24,000 nucleotides of DNA, taken from positions 2,341 to 26,340 of the forward strand of contig JAKLIY010000010.1 in NCBI GenBank assembly GCA_022709365.1, read 5' to 3'. The position numbers and the translations under genes were made by a program. The notes beneath the pieces were generated by a model, which was given only the letters and a program-made list of their open reading frames with translations, made no database searches and had not been told where the DNA came from. Below, piece by piece: positions 15,787-23,451 of this stretch. The stretch's first letter is position 1, and each line of letters opens with the position of its first letter. Source of the DNA: Pseudomonadota bacterium (GTDB lineage Bacteria; Pseudomonadota; Gammaproteobacteria; Competibacterales; Competibacteraceae).

Positions 15787-17639
15787 TCCGTCCCAATTCC
15801 TTCGCCCCGCTAACCTACCGCACGACGCATAGCAACGCCGACACCCAGTCCCGCCCCTCATCCCGGCCGCGTCTGCCCGAACACCGACTGACCTTGAAGG
15901 AAGTGCTGGACGATCTGATCGCTGACGGTCTGGTCGATCCCGCTGAGGTGGAGCAAGCCGGGGTCAGCGCTCGCGTGGAACGCAACGAACTGCATCCACT
16001 GGTCATCATCGCCAACAAGCAATTGCGCCAGCGCCAGCCGCCGCACCAGGTGCTGAGTCTGGAGCTTCTGACTGAATGGCTGGCCGGTCAGGTGGACCTG
16101 CCGTATCTGCGCATCGATCCGCTCAAGCTCGACATCGCCGCCGTCGAGCGGCTGTTACCGTTTGTGTCCTACGAATACGCTGCCCGTTATCACATCCTGC
16201 CGGTGGCAGCGGATGAGCAGCGGGTGACGTTTGCCACCACCGAACCCTGGTTGAGCGAGTGGCAGAGCGTGTTGCGGCAGACCCTGCGCCGGGACATCGC
16301 GCGGGTCATCGCCAATCCACTGGATATCAACCGCTACCAGTTGGAATTCTACGGGGTATCGCGTTCCGTCCGGGGCGCACTCAAGGGAATGCTGGAACCG
16401 GCTTCGGGCATTCTTAACTTCGAGCAACTGGTGGAACTGGGTCGGCGCGGCGAGTTGAGCGCCGATGAGCGACCCATCGTGCAAATTGTCGACTGGCTGC
16501 TGCAATACGCTTTCTCTCAGCGCGCCAGTGATATCCATCTGGAGCCACGTCGTGAGCAGGGCCAGATCCGCTTTCGTATCGACGGCGTCCTGCACGCCAT
16601 TTATCAATTGCCGCCAGCGGTCATGGGTGCCGTCACCAGTCGGATCAAAATTCTGGGTCGGATGGATGTGGCCGAAAAGCGTCGGCCACAGGATGGCCGG
16701 ATCAAAACCCGCAGTCCGGCGGGACGAGAGATTGAGTTGCGGCTGTCGACCATGCCGACCGCCTTTGGCGAAAAGTGCGTGTTGCGCATTTTCGACCCGG
16801 ACACGACCGCCAAGGATTTCACGCAACTCGGTTTCGCGTCAGAAGAGGAAACGATCTGGCGGTCGATGATTGTTCAGCCGCACGGCATCGTGCTGGTGAC
16901 CGGCCCGACCGGCTCCGGCAAGACCACTACGCTGTACACCACGCTCCGGTATTTGGCCGCGCCCGAGGTCAATGTCTGTACCATTGAAGATCCCATTGAA
17001 ATGGTCGTCCCGGAACTCAATCAGATGCAGGTGCAACCGGCGATTGATCTCACCTTCGCCCAGGGGATTCGCACCCTGTTGCGCCAGGACCCCGACATCA
17101 TCATGATCGGTGAAATTCGCGACCTGGAAACGGCGCAGATGGCGGTGCAGGCGGCGTTGACCGGCCATCTCGTCCTATCGACACTGCACACCAATGACGC
17201 CGTTTCGGCGATCACCCGCTTGCTGGATCTGGGCATACCACATTATCTGATTCAGAACGTATTGATCGGCGTGATGGCGCAACGGCTGACTCGCACCCTC
17301 TGCCCGCACTGCAAGGAGAATGCTCGTATGGACGACGGACTGTGGGAGGCTCTGGTTCGGCCCTGGTCATTGCCGAAGCCGGAGGCCGTCGGCGCACCGC
17401 ACGGTTGCCCGGAATGCCGCAACACCGGTTATTTGGGCCGGGTCGGCCTGTACGAGTTGCTGCGCATCACCCCGGAGCTGCGCCGCCTCTGCCAGGCGGA
17501 CGTGGATGAAGACGCCCTGCGACATGCAGCTTTTGAACAGGGGATGCGTCCGTTGCGTATCAGCGCCGCCCTGCAGATCATCGCGGGTTTGACTACCTTC
17601 GAGGAAGTTGCGCAGAGTCTGCCGCCGCTGGAGCATTGA
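15783..17639 (+). CDS. GspE/PilB/MshE-family (T2SS/T4P) secretion ATPase; start uncertain
   Basis: Walker A GPTGSGKTTTLY, Asp box, Walker B DPDIIMIGEIRD, His box TGHLVLSTLHTNDA and tetracysteine CPHC...CPEC are all present, plus a T2SSE_N-like N-terminal domain. There is no ATG before the conserved region. Candidate starts are GTG 15783 (overlaps the uvrD stop by 4 nt), GTG 15747 (ORF track) and TTG 15894. Confidence 0.85.
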   Translation: MIRPNSFAPLTYRTTHSNADTQSRPSSRPRLPEHRLTLKEVLDDLIADGLVDPAEVEQAGVSARVERNELHPLVIIANKQLRQRQPPHQVLSLELLTEWLAGQVDLPYLRIDPLKLDIAAVERLLPFVSYEYAARYHILPVAADEQRVTFATTEPWLSEWQSVLRQTLRRDIARVIANPLDINRYQLEFYGVSRSVRGALKGMLEPASGILNFEQLVELGRRGELSADERPIVQIVDWLLQYAFSQRASDIHLEPRREQGQIRFRIDGVLHAIYQLPPAVMGAVTSRIKILGRMDVAEKRRPQDGRIKTRSPAGREIELRLSTMPTAFGEKCVLRIFDPDTTAKDFTQLGFASEEETIWRSMIVQPHGIVLVTGPTGSGKTTTLYTTLRYLAAPEVNVCTIEDPIEMVVPELNQMQVQPAIDLTFAQGIRTLLRQDPDIIMIGEIRDLETAQMAVQAALTGHLVLSTLHTNDAVSAITRLLDLGIPHYLIQNVLIGVMAQRLTRTLCPHCKENARMDDGLWEALVRPWSLPKPEAVGAPHGCPECRNTGYLGRVGLYELLRITPELRRLCQADVDEDALRHAAFEQGMRPLRISAALQIIAGLTTFEEVAQSLPPLEH

Positions 17640-17676
17640 ACGCTGCTTTTTGTCATTTTAATACACCACAATATTT

Positions 17677-17706
17677 TTGACTAAATTGTTGTGTTTAACA
17701 TACAAT
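17677..17706 (+). promoter_or_regulatory. Candidate sigma-70 promoter of ompW
   Basis: -35 TTGACT (17677-17682), 18-nt spacer, -10 TACAAT (17701-17706), in an AT-rich intergenic region about 75 nt upstream of the ompW ATG. Confidence 0.5.
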
Positions 17707-17781
17707 GCCTTGGCGTTCTTATGGCCTTTAGCCGAATCCATCCAATAAATTTCAAACTACTGCGTTTTTAAGGAGTGCGTG

Positions 17782-18414
17782 ATGTCTTCCAAGATGCTGA
17801 AGAGTGCTGTTGCCGTTGCCCTGGCCGGTGGTCTGCTCGCCGGAGCCGCTCAGGCTTACGAGGCGGGTCAATGGCTGGGCCGAGTCGGCGCTTACGGGGT
17901 GTTCCCGGAATCCAATGGTCTCAGTAACGTCCTGGGCACTGGCGCTAATCTCGAAGCGGACAATGGCTATACCCTCGGCTTCAACTTCACCTACATGGTG
18001 AACCCGAATATCGGTATCGAACTGCTCCTTGCTCTGCCGTTCCAGCACGACCTTAAGCTCTCGAGCGCCGGCACGGTCGGCAAGACCGATCAGTTGCCCC
18101 CGACGCTCAGCATCCAGTATCACCTCATGCCCCAAGGCACCGTCCATCCGTATATCGGTCTTGGCCTGAATTACACGAACTTTTTCAACGAAGAGACCGA
18201 GGGTGCGCTGACCGGCACCAGCCTCAAGCTGGATGATTCATGGGGTTTGGCGGGTCAGCTCGGCATTGACATTGACGTAGCGCCCAACTGGTTCGTGAAC
18301 GCCGACCTTCGCTATATCAGCATCTCGACCGACGCCAAGCTCAATGGCGTCGGCATCGGCACGGTGGACATCAATCCCTGGGTCGTCGGTCTGACTGTCG
18401 GCACCCGCTTCTAA
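17782..18414 (+). CDS. ompW: Outer-membrane protein OmpW
   Basis: AAGGAG at 17770-17775 lies 6 nt before the ATG at 17782. Signal peptide ends ...AGAAQA|YEAG. Co-linear with E. coli OmpW as recalled: G(L/F)NFTYM, IGIELLLA(L/T)PF, LPPTL, PYIGLGLNYTNFF, DSWGLAGQLG, PWVVGLTVGTRF. Confidence 0.92.
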   Translation: MSSKMLKSAVAVALAGGLLAGAAQAYEAGQWLGRVGAYGVFPESNGLSNVLGTGANLEADNGYTLGFNFTYMVNPNIGIELLLALPFQHDLKLSSAGTVGKTDQLPPTLSIQYHLMPQGTVHPYIGLGLNYTNFFNEETEGALTGTSLKLDDSWGLAGQLGIDIDVAPNWFVNADLRYISISTDAKLNGVGIGTVDINPWVVGLTVGTRF

Positions 18415-18428
18415 TTCAGTGATTGGCG

Positions 18429-18458
18429 GCTTTCTCGCTCGACCAGGAGCGAGAAAGC
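18429..18458. terminator. Perfect 12-bp stem-loop between convergent ompW and HMA genes (possible bidirectional terminator)
   Basis: GCTTTCTCGCTC (18429-18440), loop GACCAG, GAGCGAGAAAGC (18447-18458). It lies 15 nt after the ompW stop and 10 nt after the HMA stop. There is no U-tract on either strand, so intrinsic-terminator function is not assured. Confidence 0.45.
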
Positions 18459-18467
18459 GCTCATCCC

Positions 18468-18668
18468 TCACGCCTTTGCGGGATAGCCCAGTTCCCTGAG
18501 CATCCCGCTCAATTCTCCCCGAACATCCCCGGCTGTTTCCACAGTGACCCGCCCGGTGGGCACGTCTACTTGCACCCCGCGAACCTGCGGATGCTGGCCG
18601 AGTCCGGCGCGAATTGCGCTCGCGCATCCCTGACATTTGACGTTTTGCACCTGAAATTCGAGTTCCAT
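18468..18668 (-). CDS. Small heavy-metal-associated (HMA/CopZ-like) domain protein, 66 aa
   Basis: Start re-set to the ATG at 18668 (MELEFQVQNVKCQGCASAIRAGL...), with GAGGG about 10 nt upstream. It has a beta-alpha-beta-beta-alpha-beta-type HMA layout with a CxxC metal site (CQGC). The ORF-track 112-aa version extends into the glnA enhancer region. Confidence 0.7.
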   Translation of the reverse strand: MELEFQVQNVKCQGCASAIRAGLGQHPQVRGVQVDVPTGRVTVETAGDVRGELSGMLRELGYPAKA

Positions 18669-18757
18669 CAGCTTTGCCCTCTGGCGATTGATCAACGAAG
18701 AAAGTATAAGCCCTGACGCCCGGTTCGAGTCATCATGGGGCAATGAGCCACGGCTAT

Positions 18758-18774
18758 CGAACCAAAATAGTGCA
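18758..18774 (+). promoter_or_regulatory. Candidate NtrC enhancer site 1
   Basis: CGAACCAAAATAGTGCA matches the E. coli-type NtrC consensus TGCACCAAAATGGTGCA at 14 of 17 positions (counted by hand). It is centred about 130 nt upstream of the predicted sigma-54 start. Confidence 0.5.
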
Positions 18775-18788
18775 AAACACTGGGCCTT

Positions 18789-18805
18789 TGCTCCATAATA
18801 AAGCA
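18789..18805 (+). promoter_or_regulatory. Candidate NtrC enhancer site 2
   Basis: TGCTCCATAATAAAGCA keeps the TGC...N11...GCA ends and about 12 of 17 consensus positions. Its centre is 31 bp from site 1, about three helical turns; E. coli glnAp2 sites are about 32 bp apart. Confidence 0.4.
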
Positions 18806-18868
18806 ATACGCCTGATCTGCATGACGATGAATAGCCGCAGACTATCGTTATGATGAAAAATTTTTCCG

Positions 18869-18884
18869 TGGCATGAATCCTGCT
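18869..18884 (+). promoter_or_regulatory. Sigma-54 (-24/-12) promoter of glnA (glnAp2-type)
   Basis: TGGCAT-GAATC-CTGCT compares with the consensus TGGCAC-N5-TTGCW. GG (18870-18871) and GC (18882-18883) have the exact canonical spacing. E. coli glnAp2 is TGGCACAGATTTCGCT. It lies about 65 nt upstream of the glnA ATG. Confidence 0.65.
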
Positions 18885-18947
18885 AAAAAGGCCGGGTATT
18901 ATTCATTGAAATCCATCCCTGACATAACCCCCGAGGAATTTGCTCCA

Positions 18948-20357
18948 ATGAAAGCTGCTGATGTGATGAAGCTGATGGAAGAAAAGGGCATCAAGTTTGT
19001 GGATTACCGGTTCACCGACACCCGTGGCAAGGAACAGCACGTCACCGTCCCCGTCAGCCAGGTCGGCGAGGATGTGTTCGAGGACGGCAAGATGTTCGAC
19101 GGCTCGTCCATTGCCGGCTGGAAGGGCATCCAGGAATCCGACATGATCCTCATGCCGGACCCGGCGACCGCCCGCGTCGATCCGTTTTTCGAAGAGCCGA
19201 CCCTCAATCTGACCTGCGATGTGATCGAACCGAACACCATGCAGGGCTACGAACGCGATCCGCGCTCGGTCGCCCGCCGCGCCGAAGCTCATCTGAAGTC
19301 TACGGGCATTGCGGATACCGCTTATTTCGGGCCGGAAAACGAGTTCTTCATTTTCGACGACATTCGCTGGGGCGCTGATATCAGCGGCTGCTTCTACAAG
19401 ATCGATTCTTCGGAAGCCGGCTGGAACTCCGAGCGGGCCTACGAAGGCGGCAACTTCGGCCATCGCCCCGGCATCAAGGGTGGCTACTTCCCGGTCCCGC
19501 CGGTCGATTCGCTGCATGATATTCGCTCCGCCATGTGCCTGACGCTGGAAGCCATGGGCGTCAGCGTCGAAGTGCATCACCACGAAGTCGCCACTGCTGG
19601 CCAGTGCGAAATCGGCGTACTGTTCAACACGCTGGTGAAAAAAGCCGATGAAGTGCAGGTGCTGAAGTATGTGATTCAGAACGTGGCGCAGAGCTACGGC
19701 AAAACCGTGACCTTCATGCCCAAGCCGCTGGTCGGCGACAATGGCAGCGGGATGCATGTCCATCAATCGTTGGCTAAAGACGGTGTCAACCTGTTCGCCG
19801 GCGACCAGTATGCTGGCCTGTCCGAAGCAGCCCTGTACTACATCGGCGGCATTATCAAGCACGCCAAGGCGCTCAACGCCTTCACCAATGCCTCGACCAA
19901 CAGCTACAAGCGGCTGGTGCCTCACTTTGAAGCCCCAGTCATGCTGGCCTACTCAGCGCGCAACCGCTCCGCTTCGATCCGCATCCCCTACGTCAGCAGT
20001 CCGAAGGGTCGCCGCATCGAAGTGCGTTTCCCGGACTCGACCGCCAATCCTTATCTGGCCTTCGCCGCCATGATGATGGCCGGTCTGGATGGCATCCAGA
20101 ACAAGATTCATCCGGGCGGGCCGATGGATAAGGATCTTTACGATCTTCCCGCGGAAGAAGAGAAGCAGATTCCCAAGGTCTGTTTCTATTTCGACGAGGC
20201 GTTGAGCGCGCTGGATGCCGACCGTGAATTTCTGCTCAAGGGCGGCGTGTTCACCAATGACCTGATCGATGCCTATATCGGTTTGAAGAACGAAGAAGTC
20301 ACCCGGTTGCGGATGACCACCCATCCGGTGGAATTCGATCTGTATTACAGTCTGTAA
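18948..20357 (+). CDS. glnA: Glutamine synthetase type I (GSI-beta, adenylylation-regulated)
   Basis: Start re-set to the ATG at 18948 ([35 protein letters not shown]), with GAGGA 10 nt upstream. Co-linear with E. coli GlnA throughout. The adenylylation-site context KDLYDLP is present. The ORF-track start at 18873 would lie inside the sigma-54 promoter. Confidence 0.96.
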   Translation: MKAADVMKLMEEKGIKFVDYRFTDTRGKEQHVTVPVSQVGEDVFEDGKMFDGSSIAGWKGIQESDMILMPDPATARVDPFFEEPTLNLTCDVIEPNTMQGYERDPRSVARRAEAHLKSTGIADTAYFGPENEFFIFDDIRWGADISGCFYKIDSSEAGWNSERAYEGGNFGHRPGIKGGYFPVPPVDSLHDIRSAMCLTLEAMGVSVEVHHHEVATAGQCEIGVLFNTLVKKADEVQVLKYVIQNVAQSYGKTVTFMPKPLVGDNGSGMHVHQSLAKDGVNLFAGDQYAGLSEAALYYIGGIIKHAKALNAFTNASTNSYKRLVPHFEAPVMLAYSARNRSASIRIPYVSSPKGRRIEVRFPDSTANPYLAFAAMMMAGLDGIQNKIHPGGPMDKDLYDLPAEEEKQIPKVCFYFDEALSALDADREFLLKGGVFTNDLIDAYIGLKNEEVTRLRMTTHPVEFDLYYSL

Positions 20358-20375
20358 CGCTCTCCCAAAACCATT

Positions 20376-20422
20376 CACCCCTCCACCCTAACCCTCTCCC
20401 AATTCCAGGGGGAGGGAGTTTT
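20376..20422 (+). repeat. REP-like G/C-rich palindromic element, copy C; terminator-like hairpin after glnA
   Basis: cacccctccaccctaaCCCTCTCCCaattccaGGGGGAGGGagtttt forms a 9-bp stem (one G-U pair) with a 7-nt loop, followed by AGTTTTGAG. It begins 19 nt after the glnA stop and shares flanks with copy B1. Confidence 0.7.
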
Positions 20423-21500
20423 GAGACCAACCAAGGTGTTGAAAAACTACTATCACCGGGTGGTGGAAAGTTTGAGCATCGCCGTGCTGGTGCTGGACCG
20501 GCGATTGCGGCTGTTGTTCATGAATCCGGCCGCCGAGACACTGTTCGAATTCAGCTTCCGCAAGGCCCGCCAGCAAACGCTGCCGGAGCTGATCGTCGGC
20601 GCCGAGGCGTTTATCGCCGGGTTACGGCACTGCCTGGACAGCGGCTATCCCTATCTCGAACGGGAACTGCAACTCACCTTTTCACCCGGACGCACCGTCA
20701 CCGTGGACTGCACTGCCGCGCCACTGCCGGAACGCGATCCGCCCAGCGAACTGCTGCTGGAGCTGCGGCAAGTGGACTGGCGGTTGCGTATCAGCCGGGA
20801 GGAAAACATTTTGGCCCAGCACCACACCACCCGGGCGCTGGTGCGTAACCTGGCCCATGAGATCAAGAATCCCTTGGGCGGATTGCGCGGGGCAGCGCAG
20901 TTGCTGGAGCGGGAATTGCCCGATCCGGCCTTGCGCGAATACACCGGCATTATCATCGGCGAGGCTGACCGGCTACGTAATCTGGTCGACCGGATGCTGG
21001 GGCCGAATCAGTTACCCAATCACGGCGAAGTCAGCCTGCATGAAATTCTGGAGCGGGTGCGCGCCCTGGTCGAGGCCGAGGCAGCCCCCGGTATTCGCAT
21101 CGAGCGGGACTACGATCCCAGCATCCCGGCGCTGTGGGGCGACGCAGACCGGTTGATTCAGGCGGTGCTGAACGTGACGCGCAACGCCGCGCAGGCGCTG
21201 CATGAACGCCAGCAAGGCGTCATCATTCTGCGTTCGCGGGTGCAACGCCAGTACACCATTGGCGCCAAACGTCACAAACTGGTGGCCCGGCTGGATGTCA
21301 TCGACGATGGCCCGGGCATTCCACCCGAGGAGCAGGAACAGATTTTCTACCCGATGATCAGTGGCCGACCCGGCGGCACCGGGCTGGGCCTGTCCATCGC
21401 GCAGAGCATCATTAACCAGCACGGCGGGCTGATCGAATGCGCCAGTCGGCCCGGCGAAACCGTTTTTACCCTGTTGCTGCCCCTGGATCGCATCGAATGA
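20421..21500 (+). CDS. ntrB: Nitrogen-regulation sensor histidine kinase NtrB (GlnL); start uncertain
   Basis: Co-linear with E. coli NtrB: PAS region VVESLSIAVLVLDRRLRLLFMNPAAETLF, H-box LAHEIKNPLGGLRGAAQLL, DRLRNLVDRMLGP, GTGLGLSIAQ. The first ATG is too far downstream to keep the PAS domain. Candidate starts are TTG 20421 (inside the REP tail), GTG 20436 and TTG 20439, none with a well-spaced RBS. Confidence 0.9.
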   Translation: MRPTKVLKNYYHRVVESLSIAVLVLDRRLRLLFMNPAAETLFEFSFRKARQQTLPELIVGAEAFIAGLRHCLDSGYPYLERELQLTFSPGRTVTVDCTAAPLPERDPPSELLLELRQVDWRLRISREENILAQHHTTRALVRNLAHEIKNPLGGLRGAAQLLERELPDPALREYTGIIIGEADRLRNLVDRMLGPNQLPNHGEVSLHEILERVRALVEAEAAPGIRIERDYDPSIPALWGDADRLIQAVLNVTRNAAQALHERQQGVIILRSRVQRQYTIGAKRHKLVARLDVIDDGPGIPPEEQEQIFYPMISGRPGGTGLGLSIAQSIINQHGGLIECASRPGETVFTLLLPLDRIE

Positions 21501-22894
21501 GCCGGAAAGAACACATTTGGGTAATTGATGACGATCACGCGATTCGCTGGGTGCTGGAAAAGGCGCTCCAGCGCGACGATTTGGCCGTTACCACGTTCGA
21601 CAGCGCGGTGGGCGTCATCGATGCCCTGCGTCACGGCAAACCGGACGCGGTGATTGCCGATATCCGTATGCCCGGCATGAGCGGTCTGGAACTGCTGGCC
21701 CGGTTGCGCGAGCGGTTGCCGGAACTGCCGGTGATCATCATGACTGCCCATTCCGATCTCGACAGCGCGGTGTCCGCCTATCAGGGCGGGGCATTTGAAT
21801 ACTTGCCCAAGCCATTCGATGTCGACGAAGCGATGGCGCTGGTGCGTCGCGCCTGCCAAACCCACCGCCAGCAGACGGGACCGGATGAACCCGCAGAACC
21901 CTTGCCGGAAATTATCGGCGAAGCGCCCGCCATGCAGGAGGTCTTCCGCGCTATTGGCCGGCTGTCGCGTTCCAACATCACGGTGCTGATCACCGGGGAA
22001 TCAGGAACTGGCAAGGAACTGGTGGCGCGCGCCCTGCACCGTCACAGCCCGCGTGCTGAAAAACCCTTCATCGCCATCAATACCGCCGCTATCCCCCGCG
22101 ATCTGTTGGAATCCGAACTGTTCGGCCACGAACGCGGGGCCTTCACTGGAGCGCAAGCCGCCCGGCAAGGCCGGTTTGAACAAGCCAATGGCGGAACGCT
22201 GTTCCTGGACGAAATCGGCGACATGCCGGCGGAATTGCAGACCCGGTTATTGCGGGTGCTGGCCGAGGGCGAGTTTTACCGGGTGGGCGGCCATACCCCG
22301 ACCCGGGTCGATGTACGGGTCATCGCCGCCACCCATCAGACGCTGGAGCAGCGGGTCCGCGACGGGCTATTTCGTGAAGACCTGTTTCATCGCCTGAACG
22401 TCATCCGCATTCAACTGCCGTCGCTCAACCGACGCCGTGAAGATATTCCGTTGCTGACCCGGTACTTTTTGACCCAGGCGGCGCGCGAATTGGGCGTTGA
22501 ATCCAAGCTGCTGCGCCCGGAAACCGAAAGCTATCTCAGTCGGCTGGATTGGCCGGGCAATGTCCGGCAACTGGAAAACCTGTGCCGCTGGCTGACAGTC
22601 ATGGCGTCCGGTCGGGAAATCCATCTGGAGGATCTGCCGGCTGAGCTGCGCGAGCGTGCGCTGGCGGTCACCCATGGCGGCGCTGATTGGGAAACCGCCT
22701 TGCGGCTGTGGGCCAGCCAGAGTCTGGCGTGCGGCGAGCAGAAATTGCTGGACACGGCCCTGCCCAGTTTCGAGCGGGTGATGATCCGGGCGGCGCTGGA
22801 ACAAACCGGCGGTCACCGTCAGGACGCGGCCCGACTATTAGGCTGGGGGCGCAACACACTCACGCGGAAAATCAAGGAATTGGGGATGGAGTAA
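21497..22894 (+). CDS. ntrC: Sigma-54-dependent response regulator NtrC (GlnG)
   Basis: Start re-set to the ATG at 21497 (MSRKEHIWVIDDDHAIRWVLEKAL). ATGA overlaps the ntrB stop. Receiver domain has DIRMPGMSG and MTAHSDLD. AAA+ domain has GESGTGKE, GAFTGA and ESELFGHE. C-terminal Fis-type HTH LLGWGRNTLTRKIKELG. Confidence 0.95.
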   Translation: MSRKEHIWVIDDDHAIRWVLEKALQRDDLAVTTFDSAVGVIDALRHGKPDAVIADIRMPGMSGLELLARLRERLPELPVIIMTAHSDLDSAVSAYQGGAFEYLPKPFDVDEAMALVRRACQTHRQQTGPDEPAEPLPEIIGEAPAMQEVFRAIGRLSRSNITVLITGESGTGKELVARALHRHSPRAEKPFIAINTAAIPRDLLESELFGHERGAFTGAQAARQGRFEQANGGTLFLDEIGDMPAELQTRLLRVLAEGEFYRVGGHTPTRVDVRVIAATHQTLEQRVRDGLFREDLFHRLNVIRIQLPSLNRRREDIPLLTRYFLTQAARELGVESKLLRPETESYLSRLDWPGNVRQLENLCRWLTVMASGREIHLEDLPAELRERALAVTHGGADWETALRLWASQSLACGEQKLLDTALPSFERVMIRAALEQTGGHRQDAARLLGWGRNTLTRKIKELGME

Positions 22895-22903
22895 ACGAAC
22901 CCC

Positions 22904-23368
22904 ATGTTCCAGGTCATCCTGTTCGAGCCGGAAATTCCGCCCAATACCGGCAATATTATCCGCTTGTGCGCTAATACCGGGGCCGGGCTGCATCTGATCC
23001 GCCCGCTCGGTTTCCAGATGGCAGATCGCCAGTTGCGACGGGCCGGCCTGGATTATCATGAATGGGCGCAGGTCCGCGACTATGCCGATCTGGCGGACTG
23101 CCTGACGGAACTGTGTCCGCCGCGACTGTTCACGTTCACTACCCGAGGTCAACAGGCTTATCATACGGTCGCTTATCGGCCTGGCGACGCTTTGTTGTTT
23201 GGCCCGGAAACGCGCGGTTTACCGGCAGCGGTTCTGGACACCATTCCCAAAGAATGCCGCTTGCGCATCCCGATGCTCACCGTTGGGCGCAGTCTGAATC
23301 TGTCCAACGCGGTCGCAGTCGTCGTATACGAAGCCTGGCGGCAGTATGGCTTTCCCGGGGCGTGCTGA
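22904..23368 (+). CDS. trmL: tRNA (cytidine/uridine34-2'-O)-methyltransferase TrmL (SpoU/TrmH family)
   Basis: MFQVILFEPEIPPNTGNIIRLCANTGAGLHLIRPLGF...RRAGLDYH...LFGPETRGLP...LNLSNAVAVVVYEAWRQ is co-linear with E. coli TrmL (YibK). It starts 9 nt after the ntrC stop. Confidence 0.93.
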   Translation: MFQVILFEPEIPPNTGNIIRLCANTGAGLHLIRPLGFQMADRQLRRAGLDYHEWAQVRDYADLADCLTELCPPRLFTFTTRGQQAYHTVAYRPGDALLFGPETRGLPAAVLDTIPKECRLRIPMLTVGRSLNLSNAVAVVVYEAWRQYGFPGAC

Positions 23369-23451
23369 GGAAGCGAACCGCCCACTGACTGCTATGCTTT
23401 GGCGATCATCGCGTATAACGCGCTTCCCGTTCTTTCCAGGAGACCTCGTTC

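Noticed and set aside
17641-17781. FNR/CRP-type palindrome upstream of ompW (E. coli ompW is FNR-regulated).
   Set aside because: No TTGAT-N4-ATCAA-like sequence is present. TTGTC-ATTT-TAATA and TTGAC-TAAA-TTGTT each fail in the second half-site.
23369-23451. Possible yybP-ykoY (Mn2+) riboswitch upstream of the TerC-family gene.
   Set aside because: The spacer is only 83 nt and lacks the conserved GGGGAGUAG-type core. Only a weak 4-bp CGCG hairpin (about 23410-23422) is present.
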